Below are positions 1-9,544 of a DNA stretch of 35,160 nucleotides, piece after piece. Every line of letters begins with the position of its first letter. Position 1 is the stretch's first letter. Origin of the DNA: an uncultured Methylococcales bacterium (GTDB lineage: Bacteria > Pseudomonadota > Gammaproteobacteria > Methylococcales > G963664935); the NCBI GenBank assembly GCA_964653275.1, contig CAZZET010000027.1:4000-39159 (forward strand). Reading direction: 5' to 3'. A program made the translations under genes and the position numbers. The notes below the pieces were generated by a model. That model ran no database searches, was not told the DNA's origin, and saw only the letters and a list, made by a program, of their open reading frames with translations.

Positions 1-144
1 TTTGTTCAATGTGCTGTCGAGATCTTGGTTACATATAATATAGTTAAGAATCAAAAATAAGCGATAAATGACGTATTAGTCTTGGGTATGAGAAACCCTA
101 GGAAGAGTAGGGAGAATAGAAATTTGTCCTTTTTTGTGTTTTTT

Positions 145-816
145 TCAACGAAACAGCTTAAAAACAACCGACGAAATAGATTCAAACAAATCATCATCGT
201 AGGATTTATCGAAACGACTCTGCGTGCCCATAGTTATATTAAACCTATTCGAACCTTTTAGATTGAGCTGTGGTTTAACTTTCTTGCTACGGCGGGCCTG
301 TTTTTCATGAAACAATTGGCCACCGGCCTTTTTCCATTCCATCAAATGAGTGATTTCACTGCTATCCAACCAAACGCCATGACGTTTACAACGGTCTACC
401 ACAACGCCACTTTTGTGACCAAAACTCACACGATTCATCAAGATCTGGCAGACTGGGCATTTTATATATTTAACAGGGTTATGGTTCTGATACCGATCCT
501 TGTTAATATTTTCGATGTGTTTGTGATTAATCTCGAAGACGCCCGAGACTGCATTTTCAAGCAGGGTTTCTATCTCACCTGGGTCAAAAAATAAACCGAA
601 ACAGGCATCGCAACGTTCTATTGATAAAGCATCGGTCGAATCCAGTCGAATCGTTTTCAACCGCACATCACAATGGGGGCAAGTCCGATTGGATTCGTCG
701 TCGACAATGACAAACTCGTGCTTTCCGTGCAAATCAACATCATTGCGAATCTCGCAGTAACTACACCGATTGATATTTGCGGGAAGAGGGGCAGAGCAAA
801 AGGTACAGCGAGCCAT
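145..816 (-). CDS. Cys-rich protein with three zinc-ribbon modules (zf-TFIIB-like CxxC...CxxC...W/F-xD-xxE pattern)
   Basis: 223-aa ORF. Repeated motifs CTFCSAPL..CSYCEIRN; CPHCDVRL...CDACFGLFFDPGEIETL; CPVCQILMNRV...CKRHGVWLDSSEITHL. Same strand and 132 bp downstream of the SPFH gene. Confidence 0.55.
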   Translation of the reverse strand: MARCTFCSAPLPANINRCSYCEIRNDVDLHGKHEFVIVDDESNRTCPHCDVRLKTIRLDSTDALSIERCDACFGLFFDPGEIETLLENAVSGVFEINHKHIENINKDRYQNHNPVKYIKCPVCQILMNRVSFGHKSGVVVDRCKRHGVWLDSSEITHLMEWKKAGGQLFHEKQARRSKKVKPQLNLKGSNRFNITMGTQSRFDKSYDDDLFESISSVVFKLFR

Positions 817-948
817 TATCGAATATCTGAGTTAAATGTTATTGCGACTATTTAGATTAATCCTATCCGCTCCATAACTTTGCTTTTAAAACATATTCTG
901 GAGCGAATCAGGAGCGATCTAAACGAATACCTACGGTATACTGAACAA

Positions 949-1974
949 CTAGATTTCACTAAGGATTTCTTTCTTTTTCTCAGCGTATTCTTGGTCGGTG
1001 ATCAATTCCGCACCATGCATTTTTTTTAACCGAGCCAATTTTTCCATCGGATCAGTTTGTTGAGTTTGGGGTCCTGTACCCGATGGAGCTGAAGTACTAT
1101 TGTGCAGTAGTCCAGCGATGGATTGTCCGAAACCTATACCCGCACCCAAACCCATACCCATACCGGCACCTCCCCCCTCGTTTCTGGCTGCTTCCCGCAT
1201 GGCCTCGTATTGTTGCAGCTTTCCATAATCTAATCCGACAGCTTTTGCAGCTTCTGCCTCAGCAGTTAGATCAGCGATTCGATTAATACGTTTTAGAGTA
1301 CTGTCGTCAAAACGCGTACCTTCGATGCGAAAATCGGTTATTTCAAAACCAAGCTTCTTGAAATCTGCAGTTAATCGGGTGCCCATACCCTGGGCGATTT
1401 CGTCTCTATTGGCGTCGATGTCTGTATAGGAAAATCGACTTTCAGCGAGGAAGTCACTCAGTGGATGAATAATACGTTTAGACATCACCCCTCGGAATGT
1501 ATCGATGGAGAAGTCATGGTGACTACCGACTACATTCACAAAGAAACCTCGGGGATCAATAATCCTATAGCTGTAATTTCCATATGCTTTTAAGCCAACA
1601 GGAAATTTGTATTTAGGATCTTCATACTTAATTGTAGAAGTCGTCCCCCATTTTTGATTGAGGATTTTGGATGTTTTGAAGAAATAGATGCCAACCTTGT
1701 GTTCACTTTCAAAAAACTGCATAAATTTTTTGATTGTCGTCCAAAAGGGGATATTCGCGGTCTGCAATTCGATTAAGCATTGTTCATCAAGCACCGTTCG
1801 AACCTGTCCTTCATAGACGAATATACAACCTTGGCCAGGGCCAACAATCAACTTCGATGCATTTTTAATTTCGTCGCCATTATCCGTCCACTGAAAAAAC
1901 AGTGAATCAGGTGACGGATTGCCCCATTCTATGACAGAGCGAAGCTGCCGTTTGACTCCGTTTAAAATTGCCAT
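949..1974 (-). CDS. SPFH/Band-7 family protein (Band_7_1-like N-terminus) with Gly-rich linker and C-terminal SHOCT-like domain
   Basis: 341-aa ORF. N-terminus SVIEWGNPSPDSLFFQW...LIVGPGQGCIFVYEGQ is typical of the Band_7_1 SPFH subfamily. Gly/Met-rich linker GGGAGMGMGLGAGIGFG. C-terminus KLARLKKMHGAELITDQEYAEKKKEIL is SHOCT-like. Confidence 0.7.
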   Translation of the reverse strand: MAILNGVKRQLRSVIEWGNPSPDSLFFQWTDNGDEIKNASKLIVGPGQGCIFVYEGQVRTVLDEQCLIELQTANIPFWTTIKKFMQFFESEHKVGIYFFKTSKILNQKWGTTSTIKYEDPKYKFPVGLKAYGNYSYRIIDPRGFFVNVVGSHHDFSIDTFRGVMSKRIIHPLSDFLAESRFSYTDIDANRDEIAQGMGTRLTADFKKLGFEITDFRIEGTRFDDSTLKRINRIADLTAEAEAAKAVGLDYGKLQQYEAMREAARNEGGGAGMGMGLGAGIGFGQSIAGLLHNSTSAPSGTGPQTQQTDPMEKLARLKKMHGAELITDQEYAEKKKEILSEI

Positions 1975-1990
1975 GTAAAACTCCTACGTC

Positions 1991-3847
1991 TTAAACGATT
2001 TTCTGTAAATTTCTAAGGAAACCATCCGGTTCGGCGACCCCCATTCTAACGATCTCATTAGCACGCTGTCGGCTGCGAGCCTGACCATAAATCCTAAGTT
2101 GTGGTGCATTTCCTGAAGGACGAATATGCGCAATATTATCGTTGGCAAAAAAGCAACGTAATCCATCCTGGGTATTAACTTTAACAATGGGTGAAAATCC
2201 TTTAGCTTCTGAAAAAATCTGTTCCAATGCCCATTTCTTTTGAAGCACTGATTTGGCCAGCGAATCATCGATATCCCATTCACCCATTTGCTGTTCGTTG
2301 ACATCCTTCAATACAATGCTGTTTTCGCGAAATTCCAATGTTTGGTATTTTTTATCGGGTAATTTGAAAAAATCCAATATTTTCTGACTAATCTCCTGTG
2401 GAAAATTGTCGAGTAAATCTGCTTTTCCACACCAATTGGGTAGTCCATTAAAAAGCTCGGATAACGTAAGCTTTTTATCGACAGCGGAACACAGTGCGCA
2501 CAGAATTGGCAAAATTGCATCGCGGGTAGGTAGAGCATCAAGTACACCCGTTTTCAATTGGATTTTTGATCCCATCAGAAATCCTCCATTTGCTTCCCAA
2601 GCAACAATTTTCGAGTACGCTTTGTCGCGTGCTTTTTGCATGGCTTCTATGACATAAGGTGAGCCAATTCGAGTTTTCACAGTTTCAATCCCTTTTGCCG
2701 CGAAAAATTCATAGACAGCTGGGTTTGTGCTGATGGGAACCGATACAGAATCCCCACCCAAATAATCGGCAACCACAATCCCCAAAAGATCACCTGGGAT
2801 AAATTGTAATTCAACTGGAGCGATATTCTTTATGACCGCTTGTTTAGCAAATTTCCACGATTGTTCTCTCAACAGGATGCTTATGGCTTGACTTATCCCA
2901 AATACTGCTCGCCCTATGCGTTGCAAAAAATCTCTCTCCTTTACGGCAACCAACAACGGCCTATCACTATCACCATCGGTCGAAACAATAGCGTCAATCC
3001 GACCGTGTTTTGATCTTTCTTTCAGAACGAGCTCCAGAAGCATCGTTAAGTGTTCGTCGGAAATTGCCTCGGTATCGATGGGTACAAAGGTATCGCTGCG
3101 CCCTGCTGGAATAACCTCCGCGCCCACATTTCGGAGTAGTTGCGGTAATAAATCGCGTCCAACCGCACTGTACTCAAAAAATACAATGCGTTGGTCCCGC
3201 AAAGTATTGTGAGAAGCAACAGCCCGATTACGTTCGATAAACATGTGCTCGGCTTGTTGGTTTACATCAGGCAAACAGGGGCAATATTGAGACTTCAACA
3301 TTCCATTAGATTCAAATAGAGAAACCTCCGCAGGTTGGGCAAGTTGACGTTGACGGGCTTGTTGTACGGCATCAATGATACCGGACTCATCAGATTTCAT
3401 AACTTCACCGTCACAGCGATTGGTTTTTAGGCCATTCCTATCAGCAGGAATATGGCTACCTGTGACCATAAAACTAGCGACACCCTGCTGGAGCGCGTAG
3501 TAGGTTAGTGCAGGTGTCGGAATGCGTCCGACATAATCAACTTGATAACCGGCATCCAAAATACCTCGGGCAACCGCTTTGAGCATACGTTCTGTAGAAA
3601 GGCGGAGATCACCAGCCAGAGGAATTACGATATTGGACGGGTCAGTTTCGTGCTTGCATACCTTAGCGGATGCCGCAAGGTAATTTAGTGCACCTTGGGC
3701 TAAACAGTAGACTTCAAGATCAGTCAAATCTTCCACCAACCCACGTACACCACTTGTTCCAAATTTTGAAGCAATAGGTTTGTAAGACAGCGTTTCACCC
3801 AAAGTTTTAGAATCTACATTTACAGTTGCATACTGACTACCATTCAT
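1991..3847 (-). CDS. alpha-D-phosphohexomutase family protein (phosphoglucomutase/phosphomannomutase-like)
   Basis: 618-aa ORF. Motifs FGTSGVRG (N-terminal), TGSHIPADRNG (phosphoserine-loop variant of TASHNP), DGDSDRP (metal-binding loop). SD-like AGGT upstream of ATG. Confidence 0.75.
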   Translation of the reverse strand: MNGSQYATVNVDSKTLGETLSYKPIASKFGTSGVRGLVEDLTDLEVYCLAQGALNYLAASAKVCKHETDPSNIVIPLAGDLRLSTERMLKAVARGILDAGYQVDYVGRIPTPALTYYALQQGVASFMVTGSHIPADRNGLKTNRCDGEVMKSDESGIIDAVQQARQRQLAQPAEVSLFESNGMLKSQYCPCLPDVNQQAEHMFIERNRAVASHNTLRDQRIVFFEYSAVGRDLLPQLLRNVGAEVIPAGRSDTFVPIDTEAISDEHLTMLLELVLKERSKHGRIDAIVSTDGDSDRPLLVAVKERDFLQRIGRAVFGISQAISILLREQSWKFAKQAVIKNIAPVELQFIPGDLLGIVVADYLGGDSVSVPISTNPAVYEFFAAKGIETVKTRIGSPYVIEAMQKARDKAYSKIVAWEANGGFLMGSKIQLKTGVLDALPTRDAILPILCALCSAVDKKLTLSELFNGLPNWCGKADLLDNFPQEISQKILDFFKLPDKKYQTLEFRENSIVLKDVNEQQMGEWDIDDSLAKSVLQKKWALEQIFSEAKGFSPIVKVNTQDGLRCFFANDNIAHIRPSGNAPQLRIYGQARSRQRANEIVRMGVAEPDGFLRNLQKIV

Positions 3848-3887
3848 ATTTATACCTATTCGCCATTTGAGATGGCTAGTTTAATTA

Positions 3888-3921
3888 GATTAAAATAAAT
3901 GTACTTACAATAAGAAGTACA
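3888..3921 (-). terminator. Weak AT-rich intrinsic-terminator-like hairpin downstream of manA
   Basis: Minus-strand RNA forms UGUACUU/AAGUACA (7-bp stem, 8-nt loop) followed by UUUAUUUUAAU. Lies about 90 nt after the manA stop. Confidence 0.3.
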
Positions 3922-4010
3922 ATATATTAATTTAGAATTTAGATTTTTAGCCTATCTATTTAGGCATATTTGTAAAATGTTATTGAGTGAGAATAGAGAT
4001 AATTTACAAG

Positions 4011-5285
4011 TCATTCATGATTGGGAACTTGTGCTAAATAGATAATCGTTTCCGTATTGGAAACCAATTCATAATGGAAATTTGCTGGAACAAGAAATAC
4101 TTGTCCCGAACTAAATTCATTATTAATGCCTTTTTCCATTAAAACCGAAACCCTCCCCTCGATCACAATCATAATATGTACACCATGCTCAAAATGACAA
4201 ATATGGTTTTGATCCTTCTGGAGATGTATCCTGCCCAATTCGAACTCTTCTGCCGGTGTTTGGTACCGCTGAAAGTAATTACCATCGCCAGTTTCTAGCT
4301 TGAGTATCTCTGGGTAACCACTATTAAAAGTTAAGGCTTTTAGCAACTCCCCAACATCCACATGCTTTTGGGTAAGCCCACCCCGCAAGACGTTATTGGA
4401 GTTAGCCATTATTTCAATCCCACTACCCTCCAAATAGGCATGAAGTTCACCCGCTGGCAGGTACAGTGCATCTCCCGGGTGTAAATGTATAAGATTCAAT
4501 AAGCAAACCGAAAAAAGACCTCGGTCTTTATGCGATCCAAGGGAAAATACATCGTCAGCCTTGAGCACCCAGTACTCCATCGAGTCCTTCCCAAAATTAC
4601 GCTCGGATTGTTGTTTTTTCAGGCGCTCTACAAATGGCGATAAAAATCGATCGACTTCCGTTTGTGGCAACTCCATAAATTTTGTATATAACGCGACCAA
4701 CGATTTTCGTGTTGGCATAAAATTCACGGCAAATGAGCCAAATTCGGGGACTGAATGAAGTAGTGAAGCAATTTGATTTAAGGGTTTAAAACCACACAGC
4801 GCGTAAAAGTCAGTAAGAGCGGATATCAATTCGGGCTTATGGCTATCGTCTTTATAGTTTCTATTTCGGGCATCAAGTGCAATACCTTCTGCGTTTTCCA
4901 ACAAAAATCCATCGTGTGCCTGCTCCGCATTAGGGTGAGACTGAATCGATAATGGATATCGCGCCGACAATACCTTGAAAAGGAATGGGAGACTGCCGTT
5001 AAAGCGACGCGTAGTTTCTCCACCGAGTAGAAAAACAGGCAGCTTTTCGATCAACACATTCAAAGGAACAAATTCGGACCCTATCACCGCATCAGACGGT
5101 AAATCAGGATGAGCGCCAATCCATAATTCAGCGTAAGGCCTCTGGTCGCCTTCACATTGAATAAGATGTTGGATATATTCAAATCCACCCCACTCGTAAT
5201 GTTGAACAGCACATCTCAATTCAAGTAGTCCCCGGGAGGCTTCCAAAGGGATATTCATTTGATCAAAGTTATGTACCATGGTCAT
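4011..5285 (-). CDS. manA: mannose-6-phosphate isomerase, class I
   Basis: 424-aa ORF. YAELWIGAHPD motif and overall type I PMI layout. True start may be the internal Met at 5258 (MNIPLE...), which aligns better with the ManA N-terminus. Confidence 0.85.
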   Translation of the reverse strand: MTMVHNFDQMNIPLEASRGLLELRCAVQHYEWGGFEYIQHLIQCEGDQRPYAELWIGAHPDLPSDAVIGSEFVPLNVLIEKLPVFLLGGETTRRFNGSLPFLFKVLSARYPLSIQSHPNAEQAHDGFLLENAEGIALDARNRNYKDDSHKPELISALTDFYALCGFKPLNQIASLLHSVPEFGSFAVNFMPTRKSLVALYTKFMELPQTEVDRFLSPFVERLKKQQSERNFGKDSMEYWVLKADDVFSLGSHKDRGLFSVCLLNLIHLHPGDALYLPAGELHAYLEGSGIEIMANSNNVLRGGLTQKHVDVGELLKALTFNSGYPEILKLETGDGNYFQRYQTPAEEFELGRIHLQKDQNHICHFEHGVHIMIVIEGRVSVLMEKGINNEFSSGQVFLVPANFHYELVSNTETIIYLAQVPNHE

Positions 5286-5411
5286 TTCGGGTGTGGGGAT
5301 AAATCGATGTGATATCAGTCAGTCTATACTCGAAGTTTAGCGTATAAGGCAGGTTCCAAAAATTAAAATTTTACTATCATCAACAGATAGTCAATTAACT
5401 TTTTAACAATC

Positions 5412-6329
5412 ATGGATACACCCAAGCCCCATATTTTAATTGTCGATGACGATGCAATTAATATTGGAATCATCATCGACTACCTTAAAGATTCAGATTA
5501 TGACCTAAGTACCGCCGAGGACGGTGAAATTGCCTTACAGATGCTCGATGACCAACCCGATAATTTTGATATTATCCTGTTGGATCGCATGATGCCCAAT
5601 ACGGATGGTTTGACAGTACTTAAATGGATTAAAAACCATACCGTACTTAGACATTGCCCTGTCATTATGCAAACAGGGCGAACTACTCGGGAAGATATCT
5701 TGGAGGGGATGCAGGAAGGAGCCTATTATTATCTGACCAAACCCTTCGATAAAGATCTCCTTTTTTCTGTCGTAAGGACGGCGGTAAAGGACCGCTCTGG
5801 GTACAAACAAATGTATCAGGAGCTCCAAGAACGTAAAAAGCTACCACCCCTCATGAGTGGAGGCAGTTTTCGTTTTAGTAAAATTATGGAGGCCCGCACG
5901 CTTTCCACGTTCCTGGCTCAAGCATGCCCAAAGCCAGAAGTGGTTATCGTAGGTCTGACAGAACTAATGATCAATGCCATCGAACACGGTAATTTAGGAA
6001 TCAGCTATGACGAAAAATCCCAATTAAATACTACGGGTAATTGGGAAGAAGAAATTAATAGACGCCTAGCAATGGATCAATACAAGGGAAAATATGCGGA
6101 AATCGGATTTAAACGCAACGGGGAAAACATCGAAATTACCATCGTGGATCAAGGCGATGGTTTTGATTGGAGGCAATATTTGAAAATGACACCCGAGCGA
6201 GCTATGGACAACCACGGACGCGGTATCGCGATTGCTGGAGCTCTAAGCTTTTCCAAAGTCGAATACCGCGGAAACGGGAACGAAGTCTGCGCCTATATAA
6301 ATATAACGAACTCTGCTAACGCCGCTTAA
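5412..6329 (+). CDS. Response regulator receiver fused to GHKL ATPase of the RsbW/SpoIIAB anti-sigma-factor serine-kinase type (HATPase_c_2-like)
   Basis: 305-aa ORF. REC motifs ILIVDDDAINIGII, LDRMMPNTDG, YYYLTKPF. C-terminal LMINAIEHGNLG, DQGDGFDW, GRGIAIAGALS resemble RsbW-like kinases. Confidence 0.65.
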   Translation: MDTPKPHILIVDDDAINIGIIIDYLKDSDYDLSTAEDGEIALQMLDDQPDNFDIILLDRMMPNTDGLTVLKWIKNHTVLRHCPVIMQTGRTTREDILEGMQEGAYYYLTKPFDKDLLFSVVRTAVKDRSGYKQMYQELQERKKLPPLMSGGSFRFSKIMEARTLSTFLAQACPKPEVVIVGLTELMINAIEHGNLGISYDEKSQLNTTGNWEEEINRRLAMDQYKGKYAEIGFKRNGENIEITIVDQGDGFDWRQYLKMTPERAMDNHGRGIAIAGALSFSKVEYRGNGNEVCAYINITNSANAA

Positions 6330-6374
6330 TATACTGCTTTAGTTTCCGATGTAGCCGGCTATTCAAATTGGGAC

Positions 6375-7208
6375 CTAATTTTCAACGAGCGGTACATTGT
6401 ATTTTTTCATGATGGCTTTTATTTGTGGCGCATTGCTTTCTATTAAGCCATTCAACTCCGCTTTTCGAGCCTTTTCCCCATATCGCACGCCCATAGAAAT
6501 AGGAAAATCAAATTTTAGACCGGGTTGCGATTTCATCGGTATTAAGGCAAAGTAATCTCGTGGACTGTTAGAGACCAGATATCCCGCAACGGGTCCCCAC
6601 AAAATTGCCATATCGACAACTCGGTTTTTCAGCTCCTTCTCTATTGTAAGGGCTACATTCATCGTTGCATCACCCGTCATAGTTTGATAGGGGACACCAT
6701 TTTCAATGAACCCATTGTTGTGCAACCAAGCAGTTCCAGGTCCTTTATCAAACATGGCAATACGAAGATTTTGTTTTCGTTTTGGGGCCAAATTGGCTAA
6801 ATCTTCAGGTGTTTTCAGATCATCCCACCCACGGTGCTTTGCCACAACCAATGCGTAAGTTGAATGGTAATACGGTTTAGTGGTAAGCGTTAATTCGTAC
6901 CCCATGGGGACACCCATCACGTAATCACACTTAAACCGATCCTCCTCACTAATCTTTTTCTTTAAGGTATTTCGGATAAAACCCATTCTTTGTGGAAACC
7001 AAGTATATTCGATGCTTTTCCCCAGTTTCTTCGCAAATAGACTAGCAATTTTGTTCTCAAATCCCCCACCTTTTCTATTAGAATAGGGTGGGTTATTCGG
7101 ATCTGCGCAAACTCGAAATTTTTCGTCCTCTGAGGTCTCGGCGATAACAATCGCATTAAACAATACCATTAGACTTAGAACACCCAACACACGAATGAAA
7201 TAGCTCAT
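6375..7208 (-). CDS. xoxJ: MxaJ/XoxJ-like periplasmic solute-binding-family protein associated with quinoprotein methanol dehydrogenase
   Basis: 277-aa ORF with signal peptide. Motif FRVCADPNNPPYSNRKGGGFENKIASLFAKKLG is typical of MoxJ/XoxJ. SD AAGGTG 7 nt upstream. Lies downstream of xoxF on the same strand. Confidence 0.7.
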   Translation of the reverse strand: MSYFIRVLGVLSLMVLFNAIVIAETSEDEKFRVCADPNNPPYSNRKGGGFENKIASLFAKKLGKSIEYTWFPQRMGFIRNTLKKKISEEDRFKCDYVMGVPMGYELTLTTKPYYHSTYALVVAKHRGWDDLKTPEDLANLAPKRKQNLRIAMFDKGPGTAWLHNNGFIENGVPYQTMTGDATMNVALTIEKELKNRVVDMAILWGPVAGYLVSNSPRDYFALIPMKSQPGLKFDFPISMGVRYGEKARKAELNGLIESNAPQIKAIMKKYNVPLVEN

Positions 7209-7376
7209 CGACTACACCTTAAAATATATCAATCAAAGAGTAATTACCCAGCATACTCTATGTAACTGTTCAAATTGAAACGGATTAACTTCAAAACAAG
7301 GTGAAAAGGCAAAGTATACGAATGTAAATGAGCACTTTCAACACAGCTATGAAATCCAAATTTAAGCAGTTACATT

Positions 7377-7412
7377 CAAAAAAAACGCCCTGACTGTACG
7401 ACAGCCAGGGCG
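7377..7412 (-). terminator. Rho-independent terminator between xoxF and xoxJ
   Basis: Minus-strand RNA forms CGCCCUGGCUG-UCGUA-CAGUCAGGGCG (11-bp stem, one mismatch) followed by UUUUUUUU. Sits 30 nt after the xoxF stop. Confidence 0.7.
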
Positions 7413-7441
7413 CAATATTACTAAGTTAAACGTAGAATTTA

Positions 7442-9295
7442 TTAATTCGGCAACCCGAAAACAGTAAACACTCCGCCTAATTGAGTATAGGAACTCAGTG
7501 CCCGATATGCACCAACAGCACCTAATCCCTCTGTATCGCCTTCCAAGCCAGCTGCCATTCCGATACCTGCCCAACCACCAAGTCCGGACAAAACACCTAG
7601 GTATTGTTTACCCTTATAGCTCCAAGTATTTAGATTTCCAATAATACCGGACGGTGTTTTAAACTTGTATAGTTCTTTACCTGTCTCTGCATCAACTGCT
7701 TTGACGTATCCTTCTAAAGTTCCATAGAATACGACGCCCCCAGCTGTCGCCACTGCACCACTCCATACCGAGAATGGTTCAGAGTTCGACCATTTGATCG
7801 TGCCAGTTGTTGCATCCCAAGCTGTAAACGCGCCTAAATGACCGTATCTAGGGTCAGATTTTGCGTAAGGCTTGCCTGTCTTAGCATCAACATGGGCAGG
7901 AAACATACTTAGAGTAGCACCAACATACGGCTGGCCGGCAGTATATTCGACTTCAAAAGGCTCGTAGTTCATGCATACATGGTTACCCGGAATATAAAAC
8001 AGCTTAGTTTGGGGCGAATAAGCAACAGGTTGTTGATCCTTACTACCTAGAGCAGCAGGACAAACACCCTCGGTGTTTTCATCCTCACCATTTTGATGGG
8101 TACTATACTTTGCTACAACTTGGGGACGCCCTGTCTTCATATCGACGTGGGTTGCCCAATTCACAGCTTTATCGAATTTCTCGGCAACCAGCAATTCACC
8201 CGTCACTCGATCAAGTGTATAGCCGAAACCATTGCGATCAAAATGAACAATGGTTTTACGCATTTTGCCCTTGACCATCTGATCAGCAAGAACGACTTCA
8301 TTAATACCGTCATAATCCCACTCATCGTGTGGAGTCATTTGGTAAACCCAACGAGCCGCTCCGGTATCAACATCACGAGCCCAGAGTGTCATGGACCACT
8401 TGTTGTCACCTGGCCGTTGAACCGGGTTCCACGTGCTGGGATTACCAGACCCGTAGTACATCAAGTTCAACTTCGGGTCATAAGCATACCAACCCCATGT
8501 TGTACCACCGCCAATTTTCCACTGATCACCGACCCAAGTTTTCAAGCTTGAATTTTTACCGACTGGTTTTAGAAGAGCCGTAGTTTTATTAGGGTCGATC
8601 AACATATCCGAGTCGGGTCCCATGCTATATCCCTTCCATGCAAGGCTACCATCTTTAAGATTGTAAGCTGCTACGAATCCACGAACTCCAAATTCACCCC
8701 CAGCGATACCAGTGATAACTTTGTCCTTCACAACCAATGGCGCATTTGTACTAGTCATGCCCGATTTAGGATCGCCATTTTTGATTTTCCAAACGACTTT
8801 CCCGGTTTTGGCATCCAAGGCCACCAGAGTAGCATCGCCCTGCGCCAATAGGATCTTACCATCACCATAAGCTAAGCCCCTATTGACAACATCACAACAC
8901 ATCACCGATATAACCTGGCTCACATCGGTGCCAGCATCTGGAGAGTAGTTGTATTCCCAAATAATCGCTTGTTTTTCCTGATCCAGCGCGAATACTTTAT
9001 GGGGATAGGGCGAGTGAATGTAGATCACATCGTTGACAACGAGCGGTCCCCCTTCGTGACCACGAAGCATACCGGTAGAAAAAGTCCAAACCGGTTGGAG
9101 AGTTTTTACGTTATCTTTGTTAATTTGGCTTAATTTACTATACCTAGTACCTGCGTAATCCCCTCCCCAAGTAGCCCAATTCGCAGGGTTCTTGGTAAGT
9201 TTCTCTACTTCGGCATTAGCATAGGACAGCCCGGGGATGGCTAAAATTGAGGCACATACCGATGCCATTAGCCAACTTTTCACGGGTTTCTTCAT
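7442..9295 (-). CDS. xoxF: PQQ-dependent methanol dehydrogenase, XoxF (lanthanide-dependent) type
   Basis: The ORF track opens at 9433, but the likely start is ATG at 9295 ([26 protein letters not shown] signal peptide, GAGGAGG SD upstream). Vicinal Cys [19 protein letters not shown] carries the extra Asp diagnostic of XoxF (MxaF has DFAG). No mxaI small subunit is adjacent. Confidence 0.9.
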   Translation of the reverse strand: MKKPVKSWLMASVCASILAIPGLSYANAEVEKLTKNPANWATWGGDYAGTRYSKLSQINKDNVKTLQPVWTFSTGMLRGHEGGPLVVNDVIYIHSPYPHKVFALDQEKQAIIWEYNYSPDAGTDVSQVISVMCCDVVNRGLAYGDGKILLAQGDATLVALDAKTGKVVWKIKNGDPKSGMTSTNAPLVVKDKVITGIAGGEFGVRGFVAAYNLKDGSLAWKGYSMGPDSDMLIDPNKTTALLKPVGKNSSLKTWVGDQWKIGGGTTWGWYAYDPKLNLMYYGSGNPSTWNPVQRPGDNKWSMTLWARDVDTGAARWVYQMTPHDEWDYDGINEVVLADQMVKGKMRKTIVHFDRNGFGYTLDRVTGELLVAEKFDKAVNWATHVDMKTGRPQVVAKYSTHQNGEDENTEGVCPAALGSKDQQPVAYSPQTKLFYIPGNHVCMNYEPFEVEYTAGQPYVGATLSMFPAHVDAKTGKPYAKSDPRYGHLGAFTAWDATTGTIKWSNSEPFSVWSGAVATAGGVVFYGTLEGYVKAVDAETGKELYKFKTPSGIIGNLNTWSYKGKQYLGVLSGLGGWAGIGMAAGLEGDTEGLGAVGAYRALSSYTQLGGVFTVFGLPN

Positions 9296-9330
9296 ATCTT
9301 CCTCCTCAGATTCCATCATGAATAAACAGA

Positions 9331-9363
9331 GAACAGTTTCTCTAAAAACCACCTGAACGACGG
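9331..9363 (-). terminator. Terminator-like hairpin plus U-tract in the fdsA-xoxF spacer, i.e. the xoxF 5' leader
   Basis: Minus-strand RNA forms CACCUGAA-UGCCGUCG-UUCAGGUG (8-bp perfect stem) followed by GGUUUUUAGAG. Only about 35-65 nt upstream of the xoxF ATG, so the xoxF promoter must lie upstream of it. Confidence 0.45.
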
Positions 9364-9544
9364 CATTCAGGTGTTGGGAAATATTATAAGTGCGTACTTC
9401 CCTGAACAATTCCCAGCACAAAATTCCTACCACGTAAATTGAAGGATTTCACGCTAAATGTCAATAGGGACGCGCCATTTTTCAAAGAACTCGGCTGTGG
9501 TTTGTCCTGTCTTTTTTGAAGATACACCCAAATTACCAAATTCT

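Noticed and set aside
307-855. Two plus-strand ORFs (95 and 60 aa) overlapping the zinc-ribbon gene
   Set aside because: Antisense shadow ORFs; the minus-strand frame carries the repeated CxxC zinc-ribbon motifs.
6349-6358. 10-bp palindrome TAGCCGGCTA between the convergent REC-kinase and xoxJ genes
   Set aside because: It is too short, has no loop and no U-tract, so it cannot be called a bidirectional terminator. It probably arose by chance.
8093-8583. Plus-strand ORFs of 152 aa and 84 aa inside xoxF
   Set aside because: They are antisense to a high-confidence conserved PQQ-dehydrogenase coding sequence and have no motifs. They are typical shadow ORFs of a GC-richer gene.
6330-9544. Classical MxaFI methanol dehydrogenase, with a small subunit mxaI or mxaG nearby
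   Set aside because: No 70-100-aa MxaI-like ORF and no CxxCH cytochrome gene flank the large subunit. The DYD motif indicates XoxF instead.
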